This document shows, piece after piece, positions 29,257-40,351 of a DNA stretch of 64,000 bases. Source of the stretch: an uncultured Candidatus Rokubacteria bacterium. GTDB lineage: Bacteria; Methylomirabilota; Methylomirabilia; Rokubacteriales; DASRDR01. Position numbers and translations under genes: made by a program. Under the pieces are notes generated by a model that had not been told where the DNA came from, did no database searches, and worked only from the letters and a program-made list of their open reading frames with translations. The stretch's first letter is position 1. Each line of letters begins with the position of its first letter. The DNA is taken from contig CAVPSB010000025.1 in NCBI GenBank assembly GCA_963708025.1, forward strand, positions 418,054 to 482,053. The letters are read 5' to 3'.

Positions 29257-32200
29257 TCAGGCGGCCAGGCGCGCGCGCACCTTGGCCAGTGCGCGACCGC
29301 CGTCGGCCGGCTTGCCGGCGAGGATGCCGCGGGTCAGGGACTCCAGTGCCGTCTCGATCTCGTGGATCGCGTCCAGCTCCTTCTTGGCCCCCACGCCCGC
29401 GGCCCGGATCTGCTCCCGCACCCCGGCGGCGCCCGACTGGCGCTCCGCCTCGAGGTAGGCGGCGAGGACGTCGGCGATGCCGGCCGCGGACGCCGCCATC
29501 ACGCGGGTCAGGAAGGTGACGCCGGCCTGGTTGACCACGTGGTTCACCGCGGCGGTGGCCGCGATCTCGCGCCGGAGCGCGTGCTCGGGAAAGTGCTCGG
29601 CGAAGCGCTCGCGGAGCCCTCGGGGGAAGTAGCCGTCCAGGAAGGGTCGGGCCACCGGGCGGTCCGGGAAGTCGGTCTCCATGACCCGGGTGAAGGCGTG
29701 CAGCTTGGTGTGGCCGAGGAGCACGGCCAGGAGCGGCCGGGGCAGCCCCCGGGCCCGCTCGGGGCTCGCCAGCAGCTCCTCCCGGGACGGCACCGCGTCG
29801 TCGGCGCGGCTCAGGACACCGGCCGCCACCAGCTCGTCGACGAACGCCACGAACTCCTCGTAGCGGTCGGCGCTGCGCCGCCCGTCGAGCGTGAGGGCCA
29901 GGGCCTGGCTGGCATTGTCGGCGAGCACGAGCGCGGCCACCTCCTCGGTCAGCCCGGCCAGGATCCGGTTCCGCTCCTCCCGGCCGCCGAGGACGCCCTT
30001 CTTCACGAGGAGGTCCAGCAGGATCTTGATGTTCACCTCGTGGTCGGACAGGTCGACGCCGCCCGAGTTGTCCACCGCGTCCGTGTTGATGAGCCCGCCC
30101 CGGGCCCAGTACGCGAGCCGTCCCTTCTGCGTGAAGCCGAGGTTCCCGCCCTCGGCCACGACCCGGGCCCGCACGTCGCCGCCGTTGACGCGCACCCGGT
30201 CGTTGGCGCGGTCCCCGACTGCCCCGTCGTCCTCGCCGGCGGCCTTGACGTAGGTCCCGATGCCGCCGTTGTAGAGGAGGTCGACGCGCGCGGTGAGGAT
30301 GTGGCGGATGACCTCCTCGCCGCTCGCGCTCTCCCCCTCGAGATCCAGGAGCCGCCGCATCTCGGGGCTCAGCGGGATGGCCTTGGCCGTGCGATCGAAG
30401 ACGCCGCCCCCCCGGCTGATCAGGGCCGGGTCGTAGTCGCGCCAGCTCGAGCGCGGGAGGCGGAAGAGCCGCTCCCGCTCCCGGTAGCTCACCTCGGGAT
30501 CGGGGTCGGGGTCGACGAAGATGTGGACGTGGTTGAAGGCGGCGACCAGCTTCATGGCGCGGCTCTGGAGGGCGCCGTTGCCGAACACGTCGCCGGCCAT
30601 GTCGCCGATGCCGACCGCCGTGAACGGCTCCCGCCCGACGTCCAGGCCGAGGTTCCGGAAGTGGTGCTCGACGCACTTCCACGCCCCGCGCGCGGTGATC
30701 CCGACCTTCTTGTGGTCGTAGCCCACGCTCCCGCCGGAGGCGAAGGCGTCCCCCAGCCAGAAGCCGTACTGTGCGGAGACGCGGTTCGCGGTGTCGGAGA
30801 GGTGCGCCGTCCCCTTGTCGGCCGCCACCACCAGGTACGGGTCGTCGCCGTCGTGGCGGACGACCTCGGGGGGATGGACGATGCGGCCGTCCACGACGTT
30901 GTCGGTCACGTCGAGGAGCCCGGAGACGAACTCCCGGTAGCGATCGATCAGATACGCGTCGAGGGCGGGGCGCGCGGGCACCTGCCCCTTGAGGACGAAG
31001 CCGCCCTTGGCCCCGACCGGCACGATGATCGCGTTCTTCACCATCTGGGTCTTCATCAGACCCAGGACCTCCGTCCGGAAGTCGTCCGTGGCGGTCGCTC
31101 CAGCGGATGCCGCCCCGGGCCACGCGGCCTCCCCGGAGGTGGATGCCCTCCAGCAGCCGGGAGTGGACGTAGATCTCGACCAGCGGCCGCGGCGAGGGCA
31201 GGCCGTCCAGCTTGCGGCTGTCCAGCTTGATGGCGACGACCGGCCGCTCCGGCCGCTGGTAGAAGTTCGTCCGCAGGGAGCATCGGATCAGGTTGTCGAG
31301 CGCCCGCAGCACCTCGTCCTCGGCCAGGCTCTGAACGGACTCCAGCGCGGCCCGCAGGCCCTTCTTGCTCTCGGCGATGGCCGCCGCCCGGTCGCCGGGC
31401 AGGTCCGGGTCGAAGCGCGCGGCGAACGCGCCGAAGAGCGCCGCCGCCACCGCGCTGTTGCGGAGCAGCACGCCGTTGACGGTCTCCACGTTGTAGTAGG
31501 GCCGGATCTGAAGCAGGTGGTTCCGGAGCGTCCGCAGGACCTCCACCTCGCGCCAGGCCAGGCCGGCGCGGAGGATGAGGCCGTTCAGGCGGTCGTCGGT
31601 GGCCCGACGCTCGTCGAGCGCCCGGAGCGCCTTCCAGAACCGGTGCTCGCCGGCCCGGAGGGCGGCGATCCGCTCGGGCGGCGCCTCGACCTCGAGGCGG
31701 TACAGGAAGCCCCGGCGACCTTCGGGCAGGGTCAGGGGAATGCGCAGCTCCTCGGTGACGGTGAGCCCGAGGTTCTGGAGGGTGCGGAGGGTGTCGGTGA
31801 GCGCGCAGGGCCCGGATCGAGTAGAGCTTGAGGGTGACGACCTCCGCGCTGCGCGGGACGAGGGAGAGCTCGAGCCGTCCCTCGAGCCGCTCCAGGCGCT
31901 CGATGTCCTCCGGCACCTCCTCGGGCGGCGTCGACTCCCGGTAGAGTCCGCTCCGGCTCTCCGACCGGACGTAGCGGCTGAAGAGCCGCCGGCCCTCGCG
32001 CTCGCCGAAGGCGCCCTCCAGGACGGCCGCCACCCGGTCCTCCCAGGTCGTGACCAGCGACCGGGTGATCCGGCGGACGGCCTCGACCTCGACGGGGTGC
32101 TCGAGCCGCCCGGCGTCGAAGTAGGCGAGCAGCACGGTCACCGCCCCGCAGTCGGCCGAGGTGCTGAACGAGACGGGACCGAAGGCCTCGGCCAGGGCCT

Positions 32201-33551
32201 GGCCCAGGTCGGCCTCGGTCTTGACGGAGTAGCGCAGGCGCGAGAAGGCGACGTAGAGGGTGACGTACCCCGAGCCCCGGCGGCTGTAGACCGCGATCTC
32301 GTCGTCGGCGGTCAGGGAGACGATGCGGTCGATGATCTCCTTCAGGCTCCCGACGTCGGCGTAGAACAGCTCCCGCTCGCGGCAAGCGGTTGAAGAGCGC
32401 CCGGATCTCGCGGTAGGCGTACGAGTTGGGCAGGGCGCCGCTCTCGGCCAGGAGCGCAGTCGTGCTTCTCGCTGGAGCAGCGGGATCTCCGACGCCTTCT
32501 CGGTGAAGGCCCCCTTGGCGAGGCGGCCCAGGAGCAGCGTCGCCTCCACCAGGCTCCCGTCCGGGCCCCACTCGCGGACCACGATGTCGTCGATCGGCTC
32601 GAGGTGGTAGATGGCGGAGGCGTTGTTGCAGTAGTCGATGTCGATGATCCGGTCGTCGTCGGCGGCGGGCGCGATGTGGCCCTCCACCTCTTCCAGGAGA
32701 CCGGGGAACACCACGGGCAGGAGCGCCGGATCGGTGAAGACGCCGGTGGCGCTCTCGTGGACGCGGTCGGGCGTGCCGTCGGGCCGGAGGCGGTACCGGA
32801 CCGTTCCCATGAAGATGTAGTTGTCGTCGAGGAGCCACTCCAGGAAGGCGCGGGCGGCCTGCGCCTCGGCCGGCCGGCCCCGGCGGCTCGCCAGACGCGG
32901 GCCGAGGTCGCGGACGGCGTCCGCACCATCGCCCGGAAGTCCTCGACGGCCGTGAAGACGCACTTCAGCACCGAGTAGATCTCGTGCTCGATCCGGCGGA
33001 GCCGCTCCTTCGAGTCCACCCGCTCGATCTGGAAGTGGCAGTAGCACTCCTTGGCCCCCTCGTCGTGGGGGCCGCCGATCCCCACGATCCGTCTCCCACT
33101 GCCGCCGCACGGTCGACGATGGGGTGGATCGCGGCGAAGACCCGGAGCCCGGCCTTCTGGAAGTAGTTCTTGAGGCTGTCGAAGATGAACGGGGCGTCGC
33201 TGCGTGTGGGTCTCGACGATCGTGGTCTCGAGCGGGAGGTCGGCCCCCTCGCCCACCGCCCGGGCCTCGGCCTCGCTCGGGTTCCGGGCCCAGACGTGGA
33301 TGCCCGGCAGGCCCTTGTAGAGCTGGTAGGCAGGGGGCATCTCCCGGGCCACGAAGCGGAAGTGGTCCAGGAGCCGGGCGGCCAGGGCCGCCGGGTTCAG
33401 GCGGAGGGCGAGTCGGTCGGGCATCTCGGCGAAGACCACCGGCGCGCAGCGAGAGGACCAGGTCCCGGTCCTCGGGCGCCGCCTGGATCTTCAGCAGGTC
33501 GGTCAGCTCCGCGAGGCGGGCTGCCCGCTGCTGAGGGTCAGCCGTCTGCAT
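29257..33551 (-). CDS. Large NAD-specific glutamate dehydrogenase, several frameshifts
   Basis: GGRVARGGIRWSDR, KNAIIVPVGAKGGF, DPYLVVAADKGTA, GYDHK, EGGNLG and DNSGGVD motifs. Confidence 0.9.
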
Positions 33552-33685
33552 GCGGATGACCGGGCCGTCGGGGTGCGCGCATCATGCTCGAATCACTGGG
33601 TTCGCTCGAGGTAGGTGCAGCATAACGAAGACCGATCGGGCTCGCAAGGCCAGGGGGCCGGGGGGTCGTTCGAGCCCCCGCCGTT

Positions 33686-33907
33686 CTATTGGCTCAGCTC
33701 GAAGCCGTCACGATCACTTTCCTCGCGCACGGTGATCGGGCGGGTGATCTCGAAGCCCCGCGCTTCCAGGAGCCCGCGGAGCCGCCCGGCGACGTCGGCG
33801 GGCAACGGCCAGGGCGCGTCGGTGCGGCGATGGCGTGCCCCGCCCCGCACCACCTCTTCGACGACACCGTGGCGCCGGAGCTCCCAGAACGCGACGAACG
33901 TCGTCAC
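33686..33907 (-). CDS. Small hypothetical protein (about 73 aa)
   Basis: Protein-like C-terminal part of ORF 33686-34156 (TTFVAFWELRRHG...GFELSQ); start uncertain. Confidence 0.45.
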   Translation of the reverse strand: MTTFVAFWELRRHGVVEEVVRGGARHRRTDAPWPLPADVAGRLRGLLEARGFEITRPITVREESDRDGFELSQ

Positions 33908-33960
33908 GGGCAAAAGCCTCGGGTCCCCGCCGGATCGGTGACATAATCGCGGCTGGCGCG

Positions 33961-34638
33961 ATGCCGACCGATCGTCGCGGGGTTCGCCGCCTGCTCTCGC
34001 TGCCGCGCATTGTGCGGGCCCGGCCACGACTGTTCTCTTCGGTAGCCCTCGGCGTCGTCGTGAGCGCGGCGGCGACCGTCGCGTCGGGCTGGACGCTGGC
34101 CTCCTGCCTGCTCGTCGGCTGGGACGTCGGCGTCGGGCTCTACCTGGTGCTCGCACTCGAGCTGATGATTCGCTCCGACGTCCAGAGCATCCGCCGCCGC
34201 GCCGCCCTGCAGGACGAGGGGCAGCTCGCCATCCTCGTGCTCACCGTGGCCGCGGCGCTGGCGAGCCTGGGCGCCATCGTCGCCGAGCTGGGTACCGGCG
34301 CCGGCGGGGCGCGGCTGCCCAGCCATCTCGCCGGAGCGACCCTGACCATCCTGCTGTCCTGGGCGTTCATCCACACGATCTTCGCGCTGCACTACGCCCA
34401 CGAGTTCTACGACGAGGAGGCCGGGGGCGGGATGGCCTTCCCGGGGGGCGACGGTGACCCAGATTACTGGGACTTCGCCTACTTCTCGTTCGTCATCGGC
34501 ATGACGTCGCAGGTCTCCGACGTGAGCGTCACCAGCAAGCGGATCCGCCGGACCGTCGCTGCCCACGGCGTCGTGTCCTTCCTGTTCAACGCGGCGCTCC
34601 TCGCGCTGACCGTCAACATCGCCGCCAGCGCGCTCTGA
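33961..34638 (+). CDS. DUF1345-type membrane protein
   Basis: FALHYAH, FPG..PDYWDFAYFSF and QVSD motifs. Confidence 0.88.
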   Translation: MPTDRRGVRRLLSLPRIVRARPRLFSSVALGVVVSAAATVASGWTLASCLLVGWDVGVGLYLVLALELMIRSDVQSIRRRAALQDEGQLAILVLTVAAALASLGAIVAELGTGAGGARLPSHLAGATLTILLSWAFIHTIFALHYAHEFYDEEAGGGMAFPGGDGDPDYWDFAYFSFVIGMTSQVSDVSVTSKRIRRTVAAHGVVSFLFNAALLALTVNIAASAL

Positions 34639-34642
34639 GATT

Positions 34643-34716
34643 TTCGGGACCTCCCTCCCACCCCCCCAGCCCCCCTCCCCCTCCCACTGGGGGGAGGGGG
34701 GAGCCGGAGGCTCCGC
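34643..34716. repeat. Intergenic palindromic repeat, family B, copy 2
   Basis: TTCGGGACCTCCC.CCCACCCCCCC shared with 59364; arms shared with 24160. Confidence 0.8.
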
Positions 34717-34830
34717 CAGGGTCAGCGGTTGCAAGAAGCCGTCGGGGACTACACCCAGGGGGAGTGGACCCTGGTATCATCCGGGCAACCGGGGCGTCAA
34801 GCTGGCGCTCCCGGCACCCGCGGCAAACCG

Positions 34831-36171
34831 TCACCGGCGGTGAGGGCGTCGAGCAGGGGGCCGAGCGCTTCGGCCGCGAGAAAGGCGGCGGTCTGCCGGT
34901 CCGCCTGCGAGGCCGCCTCGAGCAGCGCCGCCTGGCGGTCGGGGGGCTGGGCCGCCGAGCCAGGCTGCCGCGGCTCCGCGAACGGGGGGCCCGACGAGCC
35001 CCAGCACGTCGCGGACGAGCGTCCGGGCCAGGTCGCGTCGGGCCCCGCCGTCGAGCGACACGCGCATCGCGGCGAACGAGCGGGCGAGCGCGAGCGCGAG
35101 CCGGAGCCCCTCGCCGCGCGCCTCGACCAGATCGCGCCACACGGCGCCCCAAACGACCTTCACCGAGGGCCAGACGCGCGCGATGGCGGGCCCGAGCAGG
35201 GGCGTGGCCTCCAGCGGCAGGAGGGCCGCCAGCGCGTCGCGCCAGACCGGACCGAGCGGGACGTCGGGCTCCGGAGCGGGCGGCGGCGCCGGCAGCCGCT
35301 CGAGGAGGTTGCCGGCGGTGTCCAGGACCAGGTGGTCCTCGAGGGGGCGGCCGAGCGCGACCAGCGACGCCACGAACCGCGGGCTCTCGTCGGTGCCGGT
35401 GACCCGCCGCACGACCCGGTGCTCGCGGCGCTCGAGTCCCTGCCAGTCGCGGCGATGGTAGGTCCGCCCGTCCCAGCTCACCTTCTCCACGCCGTCCCGG
35501 AGCTGCACGGAGATGCCGTCCTCGAGGAATAGGCGCTCGGGAGGGTGCGGCGTCCACTCGAGCGGGGCCTCGCGCACCACACCGGCGAGAAACGCCTGCT
35601 CGGCGCCGTCGAGGAAGCGACCGAGTGGGTCGGCCTCGGCCGGATCGAACCGGAAGGACTCGGCGAGGTTCCAGAAGAGCTGCTCGGTCGCGTAGGGGCC
35701 GCGGTAGCGGAGCGGCCCCGCCCCCTGGTCGGCGGCGAGGCCCGCGAGCATGGTCAGGATCGCGGTGCCGGCGCCGGGCGGGAGCCGGGTCGGGTCGGCG
35801 AGCGGGGGGATGTATGCGACCCGATCCCAGTCCACCGTGCCGCAGACCGTGAGCAGCTCGCCGTTCCGCACGATCCGGTCGGAATCGCCCCACAGCGGGT
35901 GGTCGGCATGGCCGGGGAGGACGCCGACGACCGACCCCTCCGTGCCCGGCATCCACGCGGCCTGGAACTCTCCGGCCGGCCCCCGCCGGATCGCGACGAC
36001 GACCCGACCCCGGCGATCCAGCTCGAGCAGCCGGTGTCGGAGTGGCGCCCGACCCGGCAGGTAGAGCGACACCGAGCCGTGGGGGGCCGTGACTGCCGGA
36101 AGCGTCCCGGCCCGCAGCCGGTCCAGATGATCGGGGTCCAGGACGCGGAGAACGAGGGGATCAGACAGCAC
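34831..36171 (-). CDS. Hypothetical protein (about 440 aa); C-terminus possibly frameshifted
   Basis: Long ORF with coding-like composition (LRYRGPYATEQLF); no family recognised; start uncertain. Confidence 0.65.
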   Translation of the reverse strand: MLSDPLVLRVLDPDHLDRLRAGTLPAVTAPHGSVSLYLPGRAPLRHRLLELDRRGRVVVAIRRGPAGEFQAAWMPGTEGSVVGVLPGHADHPLWGDSDRIVRNGELLTVCGTVDWDRVAYIPPLADPTRLPPGAGTAILTMLAGLAADQGAGPLRYRGPYATEQLFWNLAESFRFDPAEADPLGRFLDGAEQAFLAGVVREAPLEWTPHPPERLFLEDGISVQLRDGVEKVSWDGRTYHRRDWQGLERREHRVVRRVTGTDESPRFVASLVALGRPLEDHLVLDTAGNLLERLPAPPPAPEPDVPLGPVWRDALAALLPLEATPLLGPAIARVWPSVKVVWGAVWRDLVEARGEGLRLALALARSFAAMRVSLDGGARRDLARTLVRDVLGLVGPPVRGAAAAWLGGPAPRPPGGAARGGLAGGPADRRLSRGRSARPPARRPHRR

Positions 36172-36275
36172 CCCGCTCTTCCGCGCATCATCAGCACGCC
36201 AGCCGCCGCTCTCCCCGCAACCCATCCGCTCTTGCCTCACGGCCAAATGTCAGGGGCTCTGATTCCTGACACCCT

Positions 36276-36379
36276 CGGCTTCTCCGAGCCCTTCGGCTTT
36301 GGCCACGCGGCCGTGGCGTTCCACGTCGAGCCGCGGCTTCCGCGGAGGGCATCGGGTCTTCCGAGACCCCCCGAGGATC
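36276..36379. repeat. Intergenic palindromic repeat, family A, copy 2
   Basis: Matches 298-436. Confidence 0.8.
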
Positions 36380-37084
36380 CTAAAGGCCCAGATAGGCTTC
36401 CCTGATGTCGGGATCGTCGAGGAGCGCGCGGGCGGCCCCCGCGGTCACGATGCGTCCGGTCTCGAGCACGTAGCCGTGGTGCGCGATCTCGAGCGCCTGG
36501 TGGACGTTCTGCTCGACCAGCAGGATGGTGACGCCCTCCTCGTTGATCGCGCGGATGATCCGGAACAGCTCGGCCACCACCAGGGGCGCCAGCCCGAGCG
36601 ACGGCTCGTCCAGCATGAGAAGGCGGGGCCGGGCCATCAGCGCGCGCCCGATGGCGAGCATCTGCTGCTCGCCGCCCGAGAGCGTTCCCGCGAGCTGCCG
36701 CTGCCGCTCGGCCAGCCGGGGGAACAGCGCCAGCACTCGGCCGAGGCCCTCGCGCATGTGGGGACGTGCGCGGATCGGGAAGGCGCCCAGCTCCAGGTTC
36801 TCGCGGACGGTCATCCCGGACCAGAGCCGACGCCCCTCGGGAATGTGGCTCACACCGAGCTCCACCATGGTGTGCGGGGCAAGGCCGGTGACGTCCCGGC
36901 CCTCCAGCCGGACCCGGCCGGCTCGTGGGCGGACGAGCCCGGACACGGCGCGGAGCGAGGTCGTCTTGCCGGCGCCGTTGGCACCGAGGAGGGCCGCGAT
37001 CCGGCCGGCCGGGACCTCGAAATCCACGCCCCACAGCGCCTGGACGTCACCGTACGCCACCTGGAGCCCGGTGACCTCGAGCAT
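36380..37084 (-). CDS. Branched-chain amino-acid ABC ATPase (LivF-like), stand-alone
   Basis: GANGAGKTT, LSGGEQQM and DEPSLGLAP motifs. Confidence 0.93.
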   Translation of the reverse strand: MLEVTGLQVAYGDVQALWGVDFEVPAGRIAALLGANGAGKTTSLRAVSGLVRPRAGRVRLEGRDVTGLAPHTMVELGVSHIPEGRRLWSGMTVRENLELGAFPIRARPHMREGLGRVLALFPRLAERQRQLAGTLSGGEQQMLAIGRALMARPRLLMLDEPSLGLAPLVVAELFRIIRAINEEGVTILLVEQNVHQALEIAHHGYVLETGRIVTAGAARALLDDPDIREAYLGL

Positions 37085-37233
37085 GCGCGGGAAACATACG
37101 CCGCCGCCCGATCGCCGTCAATCGAAGTCGCCAGGCCGGCCGCTTTCGAAGCCTGCGAGCCAATGCGGGCGAGAGCGGGCCCGACCGCCCCCGTCGACGA
37201 GGCGCGCGCGTCAAAGGATGCTCGCCGCGTAGT

Positions 37234-37263
37234 TTGACTTCGCGTGGCCGCGCCCGCTAGAAT
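37234..37263 (+). promoter_or_regulatory. Putative sigma-70 promoter
   Basis: TTGACT-18nt-TAGAAT upstream of the GGDEF-etf operon. Confidence 0.5.
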
Positions 37264-37359
37264 GACCACGTTTTCCGGGCGTCCCTGCCGACGTCACCGC
37301 GCGCACCAGCCTCTCGGCGCCATCGGCGAGGCGCCACCATCACGTGAGATCGAGGGAGC

Positions 37360-38277
37360 ATGGCTGCGCCGGAGCCGATACCGCCGATGAGCGTCCGGGG
37401 CTATCTCGACCGGCAGTCGAAGACGGCGCTGGTCGTCTTCGGCCTGCTCCTGGTCGTTCTGGCCGGGCTCCTCCACTCCGTGAGCGGGAGCCCGGCCTTC
37501 CTCGTCTACTACCTGGTGCCGGTCGGGCTGGTGGCCTGGTTCGTCGGCCGGTGGGCGGGCATGCTGACCGCCGTCGCCAGCGCCACCGTCAGCGGGCTCG
37601 TGTGGCTGGGCGCGGACCCCGGCGGCCAGCCGGTGGGCACCTACACCGAGGTGTTCCACGCCACCGTGATCGCGCAGTCTCTCTTCTTCCTGGTGATCCT
37701 CGCCTACGTCCTGACGACCCTCAAGGCGGCCCTGGCCCGGGCCGAGCAGCTGGCGCGGACCGATTACCTGACCGGCGTGGCCAACGCCCGGTATTTCTTC
37801 GAGCTGGCGACCGCGGAGCTGGACCGGGCGCGGCGCTACGAGCGCCCGGTGACGCTAGCCTACTTCGACGTCGACAACTTCAAGCGAGTGAACGACGGCC
37901 TGGGCCACGGCGTCGGGGACACGCTGCTCCGCGTGGTGGCCGAGACGATCCGGGGCCGCATCCGCAAGAGCGACATCATCGCCCGGCTCGGCGGGGACGA
38001 GTTCGCCCTCCTCCTGCCCGAGGCCGGGTACGAGGCGGCCCAGACGGCGGTCCACAAGCTGCGGGCGACGCTGCTGGAGGTCATGCACAATAGAGACTGG
38101 CCAGTCACCTTCAGCATGGGCGTGGTGACGTGCGTCGGTCCGCCGGACGCGACGCTCGACGAGTTGATCAAGGCGGCCGATCGGCTGATGTATGCTGTGA
38201 AACGGGGCGGCAAGAACATGATCCGGCACGAGGTTCTCGGGAAGATTCCGACGGCGGAGGAGGAGCCCCGCGCATGA
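37360..38277 (+). CDS. Membrane-anchored diguanylate cyclase
   Basis: N-terminal TM segments; D.DNFKRVND..GH and ARLGGDEF motifs. Confidence 0.93.
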   Translation: MAAPEPIPPMSVRGYLDRQSKTALVVFGLLLVVLAGLLHSVSGSPAFLVYYLVPVGLVAWFVGRWAGMLTAVASATVSGLVWLGADPGGQPVGTYTEVFHATVIAQSLFFLVILAYVLTTLKAALARAEQLARTDYLTGVANARYFFELATAELDRARRYERPVTLAYFDVDNFKRVNDGLGHGVGDTLLRVVAETIRGRIRKSDIIARLGGDEFALLLPEAGYEAAQTAVHKLRATLLEVMHNRDWPVTFSMGVVTCVGPPDATLDELIKAADRLMYAVKRGGKNMIRHEVLGKIPTAEEEPRA

Positions 38278-39062
38278 AGATCCTGGTCCTGGTCAAGCAG
38301 GTCCCGGACACCGCCACCCAGGTGAAGGTGGCGACGGACCCGCGGCGCATCGATCCGACCGGCATCACTTGGATCGTCTCCCCCTACGACGAGTTCGCGC
38401 TCGAGGAGGCGCTTCGGATCAAGGAGAAGCGCGGCCCGGCGGCGGCGGTCGAGGTGGTCGCGGTGACCGTCGGACCGGACCGGGCGAAGGAAGCGCTGCG
38501 CTCCTGCCTGGCCATGGGCGCCGACCGCGCCATCCACGTCAACGACCCGCTGTTCGAGACGGCCGACACGCTGGCCGGGGCTCGTGCGCTGGCCGCGGTG
38601 GCGAAGCTCGAGCAGCCGCAACTCGTCCTGGCCGGGCGTCAGGCGATCGACGACGACATGGGCGCCGTCGGCGCGCAGGTGGCAGAGCTGCTCGGCTGGC
38701 CCTGCCTGTCCTGGATCATGGAAGAGGCGATCGCCGAGGACGCCTCGAAGGTCCGCGCCGGCCGCCAGGTCGAGGGCGGCCTCGAGGTCTTCGAGCTGCC
38801 GCTCCCGTGTGTCCTGAGCGCCCAGAAGGGGCTGAACGAGCCGCGGTACCCGACGCTCAAGGGCATCATGGGCGCCAAGAAGAAGGAGATCAAGGACCTG
38901 AAGGCCGCGGATCTCGGGCTTGGCGAGGTCACCCGCGAGCTGGAAGTGGTCGCGCTGGAGGCGCTGCCCCCCCGGCCGCCGGGGCGCATCCTGACCGGCG
39001 AGCCGAAGGACATGGCCCGCGAGCTGGTGCGCGCTCTGCGCGAAGACGTGAAGGCCATCTAG
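38274..39062 (+). CDS. etfB: Electron transfer flavoprotein beta subunit
   Basis: MKILVLVKQVPD, PYDEFALEEA, GRQAIDDD and NEPRY motifs. Confidence 0.95.
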   Translation: MKILVLVKQVPDTATQVKVATDPRRIDPTGITWIVSPYDEFALEEALRIKEKRGPAAAVEVVAVTVGPDRAKEALRSCLAMGADRAIHVNDPLFETADTLAGARALAAVAKLEQPQLVLAGRQAIDDDMGAVGAQVAELLGWPCLSWIMEEAIAEDASKVRAGRQVEGGLEVFELPLPCVLSAQKGLNEPRYPTLKGIMGAKKKEIKDLKAADLGLGEVTRELEVVALEALPPRPPGRILTGEPKDMARELVRALREDVKAI

Positions 39063-39098
39063 CGCCGTGCCGATAACCTTCGCAATCTCCATCTCGGT

Positions 39099-39300
39099 CG
39101 GGACGCGCTCGGCCTGCGTCGATCGGACGGCCTTCGGCCTGGGGGCGTCAGCCCCGGCCTATGGTCGTCCTCGGCCCGCGCCCATCCTCGGCGTACCAGG
39201 GCGTACGCCTCCGGTGGGCGCGGGCCTGCGTCGATTGGACGGCCTGCGGCCTGGGGCGGACGGCCTTCGGCCTGCGGGGGCTGCTCGGTTCTCGGCCCGG
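39099..39300. repeat. Composite palindromic repeat (family C/D modules)
   Basis: GGGCTGCTCGGTTCTCGGCC is the reverse complement of 60419-60438; CCTCGGCGTAC..GTACGCC module; GGGACGCGCTCGGCCT as at 44261. Confidence 0.78.
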
Positions 39301-39333
39301 CGCCGTACCAATCTTTCTCCATAGGAGACGGGA

Positions 39334-40326
39334 ATGGCCCGGGCGCTGTGGTGCGTGGTGGAGGATGACCGGCAGGGCCGGCCGAAGAAGGTCACCGCCG
39401 AGCTGCTCGGCGAGGCCCGCCGCTGGGCGCAGGGGCTCGGGGCCGGTGTGGAGGCGGTCTGGCTCACCGACAAGGCCGAGGCGGACGGGCTCCAGCAGCT
39501 CGCCGGCTGGGGCGCCGACCGGGTATGGCTCTGGGAGGATCCCGCGCTCGCCCCCTATCGCGGCGAGGTGTGGACGGCGGCGGTGGCCGAGCTGGCCGCC
39601 AAGGAGGCGCCGCGGGCGATCTGGGGCGCGGTCACGAGCCGGCACCGCGAGCTGATGGCCCGCCTGGCTGCCCGCCTGGGCGTCGGGCTCGCGGCCGACT
39701 GCGTGGGGTTCAGCCTCGCTGACGGCCAGCTCGTCGCGACCCGGCCCGTCTACGCCGGCAAGCTCCTCTCCCGGGTCCGCTGGCGCCGGACGCCCTGGCT
39801 GGCCACGCTCCGGCCGAACGTGTTCAAGGTCGCCGAGGAGCAGGCGGGACGGATTCCCGCGGTCGAGCGGCCGGCGGTGGCGCTGCCGCCGGCGAAGACG
39901 ACCTTCGTCGTGCGGCGGGAGGAAGCCCAGACGGGACTCCCCGAGCTGACCGAGGCGGAGATCGTGGTCTCGGGCGGCCGCGGGCTCAAGGGCCCGGAGA
40001 ACTTCGCGCTGCTCGAGGATCTCGCCCAGGTGCTCGGGGCGGCGGTCGGGGCCTCGCGGGCGGCGGTGGACGCCGGCTGGCGCCCCCATCGCTTCCAGGT
40101 CGGCCAGACGGGGCGGACGATCTCGCCGAAGCTCTACATCGGCTGCGGCATCTCGGGGGCCATCCAGCACCTGGCCGGGATGCGGACCTCCAAGGTGATC
40201 TGCGCCGTGAACAAGGATCCGGAGGCGCCCATCTTCAAGATCGCCGATTTCGGGCTGGTCGGCGACCTCTTCGAGGTGGTCCCACTGCTCCGGGAGGAAT
40301 TCAAGAAGCTCAAGGACAAGGGATAG
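39334..40326 (+). CDS. etfA: Electron transfer flavoprotein alpha subunit
   Basis: [20 protein letters not shown] and GISGAIQH motifs. Confidence 0.95.
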   Translation: MARALWCVVEDDRQGRPKKVTAELLGEARRWAQGLGAGVEAVWLTDKAEADGLQQLAGWGADRVWLWEDPALAPYRGEVWTAAVAELAAKEAPRAIWGAVTSRHRELMARLAARLGVGLAADCVGFSLADGQLVATRPVYAGKLLSRVRWRRTPWLATLRPNVFKVAEEQAGRIPAVERPAVALPPAKTTFVVRREEAQTGLPELTEAEIVVSGGRGLKGPENFALLEDLAQVLGAAVGASRAAVDAGWRPHRFQVGQTGRTISPKLYIGCGISGAIQHLAGMRTSKVICAVNKDPEAPIFKIADFGLVGDLFEVVPLLREEFKKLKDKG

Positions 40327-40351
40327 GCGGAGGGCGGGAAGGCAGGCGATC

